This document shows positions 10,106 through 19,322 of a stretch of DNA of 64,000 bases, in pieces (the stretch's first letter is position 1; the number at the start of each line of letters is the position of its first letter). The DNA lies in the NCBI GenBank assembly GCA_039815185.1, contig JBCBZT010000013.1, positions 93,858 to 157,857 of the forward strand, in the 5' to 3' direction. The translations under genes and the position numbers were made by a program. This DNA is from Cyanobacteria bacterium P01_A01_bin.123 (lineage in GTDB: Bacteria > Cyanobacteriota > Cyanobacteriia > Phormidesmidales > Phormidesmidaceae). The notes beneath the pieces are model-generated. The model was not told the origin of the DNA, searched no databases, and worked only from the letters and a program-made list of their open reading frames with translations.

Positions 10106-10576
10106 ATGACAGCAGATTCATCCCCCTTTGAGATTACGCCCAATGATGCCCTGGCATCTAAGGAGGCGAACGACGCTGGTCTGGCACCGCTGCTGCTAAC
10201 GGTGGTTGAATTGGTGCGTCAATTGATGGAGGCTCAGGTCATCCGGCGCATGGAGTCTGATGAGTTGAGTGAATCTGACCTCAATCGCGCTGCCGATAGC
10301 TTAAAAAAGCTCGAAGAACAGGTTGTGGCGCTGTGTGAGGTGTTTGAGATTGATCCCGCAGATCTCAATATTGATCTGGGCGATTTAGGTAATTTACTGC
10401 CCCGCGAAGGTCAATATTATCCGGGAGAAACGTCTCAAGAACCAACGATTTTAGAATTGCTCGATCGACTCCTGAATACAGGCGTTGTGGTAGAAGGAGA
10501 TGTGGATTTAGGCTTAGCTCAGTTGAATCTGATTCACGCTAAGCTGCGACTGGTGTTGACCGCTAAGCCCCTTTAG
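10106..10576 (+). CDS. gvpK: Gas vesicle protein GvpK
   Basis: AGLAPLLLTVVELVRQLMEAQVIRRM...DLNIDLG plus a C-terminal GvpA-like segment LLDRLLNTGVVVEG. Confidence 0.93.
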   Translation: MTADSSPFEITPNDALASKEANDAGLAPLLLTVVELVRQLMEAQVIRRMESDELSESDLNRAADSLKKLEEQVVALCEVFEIDPADLNIDLGDLGNLLPREGQYYPGETSQEPTILELLDRLLNTGVVVEGDVDLGLAQLNLIHAKLRLVLTAKPL

Positions 10577-10586
10577 GTTGATCAAA

Positions 10587-11330
10587 ATGGGAACTGCACT
10601 CTATCTCTACGGTATTTTTCCGGCCCCTGGGCCTCAAGGCTTGGTGGTTAAAGGGCTAGATGCCCAACCTGTGGTTGCCCATACTATTGACGAATTTACT
10701 TTTCTTTATTCCGAAGCTCAACAGGCTCGTTATTTGGCCAGTCGGCGTAATTTGCTGGGTCATGAAAAGGTGCTTGAGCAGGCGATGCATGATGGATTTC
10801 GGACGTTGTTGCCGCTCCAGTTTGGGTTGATTATTGAAACCTGGGACAAGGTGATTGATCAGCTCGTTACCCCCCACGGCGATGGTCTTAAACGCTTATT
10901 TGAGCGTTTGCAAGGGCGGCGGGAAGTCAGTGTCAAGGTGCTGTGGGAAGAGGATAAAGAACTGGAAATGCTCATGGCTGAGAATGAGGGGTTGCGTTTA
11001 GAACGCGATCGCTTGGAAGGAAAACAGCTCAGCATGGATGAAATTGTTCGCATTGGTCAGGCGATTGAGCAGGCCATGGGTGATCGCCGGGCGGCCATCA
11101 TCACTGCCTTTCAGTCAGCCCTCAATTCCCAATCGGTGGCGATGATCGAGAATGACCCACTGACCAGCGCGATGATCTATAACACAGCCTATCTCATCCC
11201 TTGGGAAGCCGAACCGCAATTTGGCCAAGCGATTGAGACCCTCGATGCCCAGTTTGAAGATCGCCTACGTATCCGCTACAACGACTTCACGGCACCGTTT
11301 AATTTTGCTCAACTCGATCAGCTCGATTGA
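10587..11330 (+). CDS. gvpF: Gas vesicle protein GvpF (GvpL/GvpF family)
   Basis: LYLYGI, YLASRRNLLGHEKVLE, TLLPLQFG, MIYNTAYLI and RIRYNDFTAPFNF. Confidence 0.9.
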   Translation: MGTALYLYGIFPAPGPQGLVVKGLDAQPVVAHTIDEFTFLYSEAQQARYLASRRNLLGHEKVLEQAMHDGFRTLLPLQFGLIIETWDKVIDQLVTPHGDGLKRLFERLQGRREVSVKVLWEEDKELEMLMAENEGLRLERDRLEGKQLSMDEIVRIGQAIEQAMGDRRAAIITAFQSALNSQSVAMIENDPLTSAMIYNTAYLIPWEAEPQFGQAIETLDAQFEDRLRIRYNDFTAPFNFAQLDQLD

Positions 11331-11362
11331 TCCCTCGTCCGAGTCGTTCCCAAGATGCCACT

Positions 11363-11596
11363 ATGCTGCTTAAACTCTTGACTGCTCCGGTTACAGGCCC
11401 CATCTCCGGCATCGGCTGGATTGCTGAGAAGCTGCTAGAGCAGGCCGAAACAGAATTGGATGACACCGAAAATCTGCAAAAGCGGTTGCTTGCCCTACAA
11501 CTCGCCTTCGATATGGGTGAGATTGAAGAAGAAGACTTTGAAGCACAGGAAGAAGAACTGCTCTTGGCAATTCAAGCCATGGAGGATTCAGCCTAA
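11363..11596 (+). CDS. gvpG: Gas vesicle protein GvpG
   Basis: MLLKLLTAPVTGPISGIGWIAEK...LQLAFDMGEIEEEDFEAQEEELL. Confidence 0.9.
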   Translation: MLLKLLTAPVTGPISGIGWIAEKLLEQAETELDDTENLQKRLLALQLAFDMGEIEEEDFEAQEEELLLAIQAMEDSA

Positions 11597-11601
11597 TTAA
11601 G

Positions 11602-11678
11602 CCATATCCGATTTGAAACCTGGCGTAGGGGCGCAAGGCCTTGCGCCCCTACAGGGAAAATTGTGGATCTGGATGTGG
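11602..11678. repeat. REP-like palindromic element (GTAG-type) in a conserved ~77-bp frame, copy 1
   Basis: Perfect 28-bp palindrome GTAGGGGCGCAAGGCCTTGCGCCCCTAC (11625-11652). The flanks ATCCGATTTGAAA and TGTGGATCTGGATGT are shared with the copy at 19193-19269. Confidence 0.75.
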
Positions 11679-11760
11679 ACGCGGTTTCAATTGCACAACT
11701 GCCCATCCTATGCGCAAAATTGAACCAGTACTGCAAGATAACTCTTAGGCAAGGCTGGGC

Positions 11761-13236
11761 ATGGACTTTAAAGTAACCGATAGCGCTTATCTCGATTGGA
11801 CCGGAGACTGCCTGATTTTGGGCATGACAGAAGACGCCTTGCCCCTAAGGGGTACCCTCTCCGAATTGAACGCGAAACTTTCGGGTTTGCTGCAAGAGCT
11901 AATCGATGAAGCCGACTTCAAAGCCAAGGCTGGCAGCACCGCCTCAATTCGCGTTGGCAGTAGCACCCCCATTCGCAAGTTGGGTATTGTGGGTCTCGGC
12001 GCAGCGGATAGCTTGGCGCTAGACGGTATCCGTCGCGGCGCAGCGGTAGCAGTCCGTTTGGGTAAAAAGGAAAAGTGCAAAACCCTAGGGCTGAGTTTCC
12101 CCCTTTGGGACGGTAACGAGGAAATGACTGTGCAGGCGCTAGTGGAAGGCTCTATTTTGGCCATGCACCAGGATAAGCGGTTTAAGTCAGAGTCTGAAGA
12201 AAAGGAAGATAACATACCAGAACAGATTGAGCTGCTGGAAGCCACAGGTCAAGACGCGGCGATTCAAAAGGCTAAGCAAGTCTGTGATGGTGTGATTTTG
12301 GCCAGGGAATTGGTGTCGGCCCCACCCAATGTGGTGACACCGATGATGTTGGCTGATACTGCGACTGAGTTGGCCAATGCCAATGGCCTAAGCCTAGAGA
12401 TTTTAGAAAAAGAAGACTGTGAAAAGCTAGGGATGGGTGCTTTTTTAGGGGTTGCCCAGGCCTCTGAACTGCCGCCAAAATTTGTCCACCTGACGTACAC
12501 TCCCGACGGTACCCCCCGCCGCAAGCTGGCGATTATCGGCAAGGGATTGACCTTTGACTCGGGGGGCTTGAATTTGAAGCCAGCCGGTAGCGGCATTGAA
12601 ATGATGAAGATTGACATGGGGGGTGCAGCGGCCACCTTTGGAGCAGCAAAAGCGATCGCGCAAATTAAACCCGACGTAGAAGTCCACTTCATCAGTGCCG
12701 TGACTGAAAACATGATCAGCGGTCATGCCATGCGCCCGGGGGACATTTTGACAGCCTCGAATGGCAAAACGATTGAAGTCAACAATACTGATGCCGAAGG
12801 ACGCCTGACGCTGGCCGATGCTTTGGTGTTTGCTGACAAGCTCGGGGTTGATGCCATGATTGATTTGGCCACCCTAACCGGAGCCTGTATTGTTGCCCTA
12901 GGGGATGACATCGCTGCACTGTTTAGCCCTGACGATGAGCTAGCCGAGCAGTTTTATAACGCTGCTGAACTGGCGGGGGAGAAGCTCTGGAAAATGCCCA
13001 TGGAAGATAAGTATTTTGATGGGTTGAAGTCGGTGGTTGCCGATATGAAAAATACTGGCCCACGGGCGGGTGGTTCAATTACGGCAGCGCTGTTCCTCAA
13101 AAAGTTTGTGAAAGACACCCCCTGGATGCACGTCGATTTGGCTGGCCCCGTATGGACAGAGAAAGAAAATGGCTATAACAGTCCTGGCGGAACGGGATAT
13201 GGGGTGCGGATGCTGGTGCAGTGGGTACTTTCCTAA
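11761..13236 (+). CDS. pepA: Leucyl aminopeptidase (M17)
   Basis: [25 protein letters not shown] and DLATLTGA. Confidence 0.96.
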   Translation: MDFKVTDSAYLDWTGDCLILGMTEDALPLRGTLSELNAKLSGLLQELIDEADFKAKAGSTASIRVGSSTPIRKLGIVGLGAADSLALDGIRRGAAVAVRLGKKEKCKTLGLSFPLWDGNEEMTVQALVEGSILAMHQDKRFKSESEEKEDNIPEQIELLEATGQDAAIQKAKQVCDGVILARELVSAPPNVVTPMMLADTATELANANGLSLEILEKEDCEKLGMGAFLGVAQASELPPKFVHLTYTPDGTPRRKLAIIGKGLTFDSGGLNLKPAGSGIEMMKIDMGGAAATFGAAKAIAQIKPDVEVHFISAVTENMISGHAMRPGDILTASNGKTIEVNNTDAEGRLTLADALVFADKLGVDAMIDLATLTGACIVALGDDIAALFSPDDELAEQFYNAAELAGEKLWKMPMEDKYFDGLKSVVADMKNTGPRAGGSITAALFLKKFVKDTPWMHVDLAGPVWTEKENGYNSPGGTGYGVRMLVQWVLS

Positions 13237-13254
13237 TCATGACCATCGCACAAC

Positions 13255-13863
13255 TTAACTAAGTAGCCCATTCAAACCGTGTAGCTGGTATTGCCTGAAC
13301 AGTTTGAATGCATTGCGGATGTCCGCTTCTCGGTCGTGATGTTCTAGAATGCTCACGATCACGTTCACCGTGTTCTGAAAAATCGCTCGGAGCAAGAAGT
13401 GCATGTCCGGATCGAAATCAACCTGATTGCCCCGATCCCGAGCATGGGCCAGCGCCAGCGTAACCATAATTTCGACGAACTTGTCGGCAAAGCCTTCAAA
13501 ATCCGTACCCCCGCTCCGATCGAGGATGATGATCACTTGCCGACGGTGCTCGATCCAGAACGAGAGTAACTGCTCTTGTGCATTGAAGGCCGCATCTTTC
13601 AGCTCAATATCATCACCTGTATTGCTTAACGCTTTGATGTGCTCACGCAAAAGTGCTAGAAGTCTTTCCGCAAACTCCGGGGTCACGACAGCTCTGAAAA
13701 GATCTTCTTTGCCGCCAAAGTAGCGATAAATGTTTCCGACTGCGACCCCAGCGATCCTGGCGATGTCGCTGACAGTGGTGCCTTGATAGCCTGATTTCAC
13801 AAACGCCCTCGTTGCAGCGTCCAGGATCTTGAGCCGAATTTTTTCCTTTAGAACTTGCGCCAT
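13255..13863 (-). CDS. TetR/AcrR family transcriptional regulator
   Basis: ILDAATRAFVKSGYQGTTVSDIARIAGVAVGNIYRYFGGKEDLF is a TetR HTH. Start taken at MAQVLK. Confidence 0.92.
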   Translation of the reverse strand: MAQVLKEKIRLKILDAATRAFVKSGYQGTTVSDIARIAGVAVGNIYRYFGGKEDLFRAVVTPEFAERLLALLREHIKALSNTGDDIELKDAAFNAQEQLLSFWIEHRRQVIIILDRSGGTDFEGFADKFVEIMVTLALAHARDRGNQVDFDPDMHFLLRAIFQNTVNVIVSILEHHDREADIRNAFKLFRQYQLHGLNGLLS

Positions 13864-13941
13864 TCGGCTAGCCCACGGTTGTTGACTCCCATGGCTACGG
13901 TACCCCATTCAGGGTTTTGATCATTGGCCCAGGTAATTTGT

Positions 13942-13964
13942 ATAATGAATGGAGTGTTCATTAT
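13942..13964. promoter_or_regulatory. Probable TetR operator
   Basis: Perfect 8-7-8 inverted repeat ATAATGAA-tggagtg-TTCATTAT between the divergent tetR and hydrolase genes. Confidence 0.65.
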
Positions 13965-14038
13965 TTATGCCCGTTTATGTTGCTCAATGGTTTCTCAGCC
14001 TTTTTCCGAGTCTAGACAAGGACAACAGTTGATGCGAG

Positions 14039-14782
14039 GTGAAGAAAGTGAGTTTGCCCACCCTTTTGTTGGTTCACGGAGCCTGGTCCGGCGCGTGGGT
14101 TTGGGATCAGCTGACGCCAGCGCTTGACGCTTTGGGAATTTCGTCATTGGCTATCGATTTGCCGGGGTGCTCGGCAGGACGCCCTGTTGGATGGGGTGTT
14201 TCACTCAACGATTATGCCGAATCGATCATTGCCAACGCGAACCGGATTCAGGGGCCAGTGATTTTGGTCGGTCACTCCGCCGGCGGCATCGCGGTTTCTC
14301 AAGCTGCTGCTATTGCACCTCAGCGATTCAATGGCCTGATCTACGTTGCTGCGTACTTGCCTATCAACGGTGAGAGTCTGGCTAAATTGGCGAAAGATGG
14401 GGCAGGAGCTGTCAAATCATCAGTTAAGCCACACATTTTTGGGGGGACGCTGACGCAGACCCCGGCGGCGATCGCGGCTTTGTGCTACCACGATTGCTCA
14501 TCTGAGCAGACGGCAGATCTGGTTCATAAACACCGATCGGAGCCAATACGGCCAGGAATGGCCAAGGTTCGACTAGGCCCAGAGTTTGCTCAGATACGCA
14601 AGCACTACGTTCGGTGCACCCAGGATCGCGGGCTCTCCCCAGCTTTTCAAAGGTGGATGGCTGACCGCTACGCGATCGACTCGTTTCACGAATTGGACAC
14701 AGGGCATATGCCGATGATCGCCGCCCCATCGAAATTGGCGGAGGTGTTCAACCAGATCATTGCAGATTTGAGCAGTCGTTGA
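14039..14782 (+). CDS. Alpha/beta-fold hydrolase (methylesterase/salicylate esterase-like)
   Basis: LLVHGAW, nucleophile GHSAGG, CTQD and DTGHMPM triad pattern. Confidence 0.88.
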   Translation: MKKVSLPTLLLVHGAWSGAWVWDQLTPALDALGISSLAIDLPGCSAGRPVGWGVSLNDYAESIIANANRIQGPVILVGHSAGGIAVSQAAAIAPQRFNGLIYVAAYLPINGESLAKLAKDGAGAVKSSVKPHIFGGTLTQTPAAIAALCYHDCSSEQTADLVHKHRSEPIRPGMAKVRLGPEFAQIRKHYVRCTQDRGLSPAFQRWMADRYAIDSFHELDTGHMPMIAAPSKLAEVFNQIIADLSSR

Positions 14783-14984
14783 CGTCGGCTTCTGGCCGAA
14801 AGTCGTCACTTTGAGACGCGGAACTACATGCCGTCTATCAAATCAATTTTCAGTCAAATTTCGCTGATCTCAGACTTAGGCGCGATCGCGCCTCGCTGCA
14901 AATATGGGACTCTAAGCTACATTTTGACTGCTCCAGCGTGTGTAACACTATCAAGCAGTTTGTGTGTTACCTAACTCTGATCCT

Positions 14985-15842
14985 ATGGCTACCCTCTGGA
15001 AATCGCTGAAGCCTTACGCCCTAGTGACGCCCCAAAACCTGGTATTTCTTTTATTTTTAGTCTTCCCCATCGTCATGATTGGGGTAGTGAGTTTCTGGCA
15101 GTTCAATGGCTATGCGATGACGCCAGCCTTTACCCTAGACAACTACCAGGGCATTTTGACCTCCGATGTCACGCTCAAGACGTACCTGAATACGTTCAAA
15201 TTTGTAGCGCTGGTTTGGCTAGCGACGCTGCTGATTGGCTATCCGGTGGCCTACTTTTTGTCGTTTCACGTCACAAGTTTGCGCTGGCAGATTTTGCTGT
15301 TTTTGACCTGCACCATTCCCTTTTGGACTTCCAATATTATTCGGATGATTTCTTGGGTGCCGCTGTTGGGTAAAGAGGGGCTAGTGAATCAAATTTTGCT
15401 GAATCTAGGACTGATTCAAACACCGTTGGAGTTTTTGCTGTACTCAGATTTTGCGGTGGTGTTGGGGATGGTGCATCTCTACATTATTTTTATGATTGCT
15501 CCCATCTTTAACAGCCTGATGCGCATCGATCGTACGCTGATTACGGCTTCAGAAGATATGGGGGCTTCTGGCTTCCAAACCTTCAAGGAAGTGATTTTGC
15601 CGTTGTCGGCACCAGGCATTGCCATTGGGTCAATTTTTATCGTCACCCTGGTGATGGGAGAGTTCGTCACGGTGCGGCTAATGGGCGGTGGTCAAGCGGC
15701 GTCGGTGGGCAAGCTGATTCAGACCCAAATTGGCAGTTTGCAGTACCCCCTAGCCGCGGCTAACGCCATTGTGTTGCTGCTGGTGACAATGATTATGGTG
15801 GTTTCGATTTTGAGGGTTGTGAATATTCGCAAGGAGCTGTGA
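14985..15842 (+). CDS. ABC transporter permease (PotB-like)
   Basis: Multiple TM segments, PFWTS and the EAA-type loop ASEDMGA. Confidence 0.88.
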   Translation: MATLWKSLKPYALVTPQNLVFLLFLVFPIVMIGVVSFWQFNGYAMTPAFTLDNYQGILTSDVTLKTYLNTFKFVALVWLATLLIGYPVAYFLSFHVTSLRWQILLFLTCTIPFWTSNIIRMISWVPLLGKEGLVNQILLNLGLIQTPLEFLLYSDFAVVLGMVHLYIIFMIAPIFNSLMRIDRTLITASEDMGASGFQTFKEVILPLSAPGIAIGSIFIVTLVMGEFVTVRLMGGGQAASVGKLIQTQIGSLQYPLAAANAIVLLLVTMIMVVSILRVVNIRKEL

Positions 15843-16657
15843 TGGCACGGGCAAAGCGATCGCTTTCGTTTTACATTCTCGCCGCCTTTTTCGGGGTGTT
15901 TGTGCTGTTTCTCTACGGCCCGATGATCACCATTTTTATGCTGTCGCTCCAGGGGCCAGAGGGCAAACTGACCTTTCCGATGCGGGGCTTTAGCTTTTAT
16001 TGGCTGGGGCAGGTGTTTCAAGAGCAGCGGGTCGGTAATTTTATTGAGCCGTTCCAGCGCTCCTTTATTTTGGGGCTTGTGGTGATGGCGCTGGCGGCGG
16101 GGTTTGCAGTGTTGGCAGCTATGGGCTTTCGCAGTCGGTTCAAAGGATCGACGCCCATTTTTTATCTGACGATCTCGAGCTTGATCGTGCCCAGTGTGTT
16201 GATTTCCCTAGGAATTGGCATTGTCTTTCAGGTGTTAAAGCTGGAGACTAATTGGTTTTCGTCAGGGTTGGGGGCACATCTGACTTGGACATTGCCGATT
16301 GCCTTTTTAATTATGCTGGGCATCTTTAACCGCTTTGATCCCGCTTATGAAGAGGCCGCCCGGGATTTGGGGGCTAACGATCTCACCAATTTTTGGGAGA
16401 TTGTGTTTCCCCTGATTGCGCCGAGCCTGATTGGGGTAGGGTTGTTGATGTTTACCCTCTCCTATGACGAGTTCACCCGCACGTCTTTAGTGTCTGGGCA
16501 AGACAATACCCTACCCCTAGAAATCTTTGGCATGACCACCAATGTCACCTCTCCCGCCCTGTATGCACTGGGGACTTTGACAACGCTGTTTTCGTTTTCG
16601 ATGATTGGGATTGCGTATTTTACCTATAGTTTCTTTTCCCAGCGTCAGCGACAGTAA
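15839..16657 (+). CDS. ABC transporter permease (PotC-like)
   Basis: LFLYGP, EEAARDLGA, FTLSYDEF and TLPLEI. Confidence 0.88.
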   Translation: MMARAKRSLSFYILAAFFGVFVLFLYGPMITIFMLSLQGPEGKLTFPMRGFSFYWLGQVFQEQRVGNFIEPFQRSFILGLVVMALAAGFAVLAAMGFRSRFKGSTPIFYLTISSLIVPSVLISLGIGIVFQVLKLETNWFSSGLGAHLTWTLPIAFLIMLGIFNRFDPAYEEAARDLGANDLTNFWEIVFPLIAPSLIGVGLLMFTLSYDEFTRTSLVSGQDNTLPLEIFGMTTNVTSPALYALGTLTTLFSFSMIGIAYFTYSFFSQRQRQ

Positions 16658-16710
16658 CTATCTCAGTGACAATATTTGCGGTGAATCCTGATCAGGATGG
16701 TCTTACCGTT

Positions 16711-17535
16711 ATGGCATCTCAATGGGAGCGGTTACTTAAAAATCAAGGGGTTTGGCAAGGGTCGTTTACACGCCTATCCCCACAGGGAGAGGTGATTGCA
16801 GACATTCCGACGGAAGTCTCGCTCAAAGCGATCAACCAGGGAGATACGATGCATCAGGTGGTGCGTAAAATGCCGCTGGATCAACCGCCTGAAGAACAGG
16901 TCTATGAGTATGGATCTTTAGGCAAGGGCATTTTGTTCTTTGAAGACGGGGCTTTCTCCCAAGGATCTATTCAGTTAGGGCCGTTTGGCGATTTTGGGGC
17001 CGAGTTGGGATTTATCGCGGGCGATCGCCGTTTGCGTTTAGTGCTAATTTTCCAGCAGGATCGCAGCCTGAAGCAGCTGACTTTGATTCGGGAAAAGCGA
17101 GCAGGGACGGATATGCCAGAGCGATCGCCCTTGACGATGGATGCCCTGTACGGCATTTGGCAGGGAGAAGCCGTGACCCTCTATCCCGATCTAAGTCCTG
17201 CGGAGACTTACGCTACAACATTAGCGGTTCAGCCTGCTGGCGCTGATCGCGTGAAACAGACCCTACACATTGGCGAAAATCGCCCGCCAATCCAGTCTGA
17301 AGGAACACTGCAAGGAACACGGCTGCTATTCGATCAAGGCTCACAGCAGGTGCAGGTGCTTTTACTCCCTGATGGCGCATCGGCGACTTGTCCGGTACAA
17401 ATTCAAGCCAGACAACCGTTGTTTTTGGAAGTGGGTTGGCTATTGTCAGATGATCGACGCCAACGCCTGATCCGCAGCTACAACGCCCAAGGGGGGTGGG
17501 TGAGTTTGACACTGGTAACAGAGCAGAGAATCTAA
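16711..17535 (+). CDS. DUF3598-like protein
   Basis: [37 protein letters not shown] and LEVGWL...RQRLIRSY. Confidence 0.8.
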   Translation: MASQWERLLKNQGVWQGSFTRLSPQGEVIADIPTEVSLKAINQGDTMHQVVRKMPLDQPPEEQVYEYGSLGKGILFFEDGAFSQGSIQLGPFGDFGAELGFIAGDRRLRLVLIFQQDRSLKQLTLIREKRAGTDMPERSPLTMDALYGIWQGEAVTLYPDLSPAETYATTLAVQPAGADRVKQTLHIGENRPPIQSEGTLQGTRLLFDQGSQQVQVLLLPDGASATCPVQIQARQPLFLEVGWLLSDDRRQRLIRSYNAQGGWVSLTLVTEQRI

Positions 17536-18107
17536 AGCAATGAACAGTGGCGAGTTAGTGCTGTTCTCAGCAACTGGTTGTAGGCTTTACCCGAAATCAC
17601 ATAGGCCCCAAATCGCTCAAGATGTGGGTTCATCATTTGGGCGTCGAAGAGAACAAAATTACGCGATCGCAGCCGTTCTACCAATTTCACCATGGCTGCC
17701 TTAGACCCTTCCGTAATCCGATAAAACATTGATTCCCCAATAAAAGCCCCACCGATGACGATGCCTAAAATTCCTCCCGCGAGTTCGTCTCCTTGCCAGG
17801 TTTCAAAACTATGGGCAAACCCAGCCTGGTGAAGCTGCCAGTAAACTTGTTTGAGGTCGTCAGAAATCCAAGTGCTATCTCGATCGGCACACCCCTCAAC
17901 AACCGTTTCAAAGGCCCGGCTAACCGCAATGTCAAACCGATTCTGGTTAAGGACTCGACGCAGCGATCGCGGATAGCGAAATCGATCGTCCAGCGGGATC
18001 AATGTACGCTGTCGGCTAGAATACCAGGTGAGGTTGCGCCCGTCGTCGTCAGCCATTAAAAAATAGCCTTGGGCGTATCCCTCTAGTAAGGTGGGGGTAT
18101 CAAACAC
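17532..18107 (-). CDS. aat: Leucyl/phenylalanyl-tRNA--protein transferase
   Basis: GYAQGYF, STWI, AHSFETW...LAGG, FIGESMF, SK, D.Q and HLERFGA. Confidence 0.93.
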   Translation of the reverse strand: MFDTPTLLEGYAQGYFLMADDDGRNLTWYSSRQRTLIPLDDRFRYPRSLRRVLNQNRFDIAVSRAFETVVEGCADRDSTWISDDLKQVYWQLHQAGFAHSFETWQGDELAGGILGIVIGGAFIGESMFYRITEGSKAAMVKLVERLRSRNFVLFDAQMMNPHLERFGAYVISGKAYNQLLRTALTRHCSLL

Positions 18108-18199
18108 GATGGGTTCAACTCAACATAGCGATCGTTTCATGGTAATCGTAGATGATTGCACTCGGTGTAAGCTGACAACCTGATACCTGGTAGATCGTT

Positions 18200-18529
18200 A
18201 TGGCTGACCCGATTCCATCTATTCAACTGCCGCCCCCAGAGAACGCGCAACAGGAGGGGATTTGGCTCCAGCGATCGCTCCAGCGCTGGCTAGATGAAGA
18301 GTTTTTGCCTGAAGCCGTCAATCAAGACATCGCCGAACGCGCCTCCCAAGTCTTTGTCCGCCAACGCATGGAAGGAGAAAACGATTTGGGTTCTCTGGTG
18401 CTGGCAATTTTGACCGAAATGCAGGGGTTTGACTTCTCTAAAAGCTTTTACAGCGAGTTTGCTGTGGCAAATGCAGTGTCTGATTTGCTGTTGGATAGCT
18501 TGGGCATCGATCGTTGCTGTGGCAACTAA
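18200..18529 (+). CDS. Conserved hypothetical protein (cyanobacterial/plastid-type)
   Basis: WLDEEFLPE...SFYSEFAVANAVSDLL in a clean 109-aa ORF. Confidence 0.7.
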   Translation: MADPIPSIQLPPPENAQQEGIWLQRSLQRWLDEEFLPEAVNQDIAERASQVFVRQRMEGENDLGSLVLAILTEMQGFDFSKSFYSEFAVANAVSDLLLDSLGIDRCCGN

Positions 18530-19098
18530 GGCGCTTGTGGTGATTGGGGCTTACTTCTTAACACGCGCGCCCGCACAAACTGGGCCGCAGTCATTTGCTG
18601 ACGAGTAGTTGTGCCCCAAGGGGTATGATCGACTTGCCAACCGATAATTTGATGGGGCGATCGCCAAAGGTCTAGATGGGCAACTGGCGGATCGGCGTAG
18701 AAATTAAGCCTGCTGGTTCCTAGCCAGGCCGAACTCCAGTGGGTAAACCGATCGTGACTCAATCGATAGACAGGGAAAGGGGCTGATAGGGGCACCCCCC
18801 AGCCATCTAGGGCAATCAATGCGGTGATAGTTCGGCCTTGGTAATGCCAGTGTTGAGCAGCCCCAATTGCACCGACAACCCCAGCACTAAAGGCAATCAG
18901 CACCAAACTATCTGTGGGTGAAACGTGCTGCGCCAAAAATTGTCTAATCCCTGCTGCCGAAAAGGGCGGATACTTTTCAGTGGGATAGATCAGGATGGGC
19001 GGATCAACAGCTGTAAAATCTGTGGCCGCTAGGAATTTTTGAGTTAGACCAGGGGGATGAACACCAGGGCAAAGGACAACTGCCATAGCAGGGGCCAA
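18526..19098 (-). CDS. Hypothetical protein, alpha/beta-hydrolase-like
   Basis: CPGVH, AFSAG nucleophile-elbow-like motif, DGWGVPL, SHD and HLDLW. Confidence 0.7.
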   Translation of the reverse strand: MAPAMAVVLCPGVHPPGLTQKFLAATDFTAVDPPILIYPTEKYPPFSAAGIRQFLAQHVSPTDSLVLIAFSAGVVGAIGAAQHWHYQGRTITALIALDGWGVPLSAPFPVYRLSHDRFTHWSSAWLGTSRLNFYADPPVAHLDLWRSPHQIIGWQVDHTPWGTTTRQQMTAAQFVRARVLRSKPQSPQAP

Positions 19099-19192
19099 TC
19101 AGGATCAGATACAGGACGGTTTGCGTTCGGTTCTACCCATAGATGGGCGGGAGAATTCACAGTAGTGTCGTATTAGTGTAGCCGCTACTAAA

Positions 19193-19269
19193 CTACATCC
19201 GATTTGAAAACTTGATTAGGGGCGTGGAGCCCTGCTTCCCTGCTGGGGCAACTGTGGATCTGGATGTAG
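19193..19269. repeat. REP-like element, degenerate copy 2
   Basis: Terminal inverted repeat CTACATCC...GGATGTAG. Shares ATCCGATTTGAAA, TAGGGGCG and TGTGGATCTGGATGT with copy 1. The central palindrome has decayed. Confidence 0.65.
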
Positions 19270-19322
19270 CCGAAGTTTAGTGCTGTCATTTAGACAAATT
19301 TTTTTGTGGGTGTGAAAGGGCA

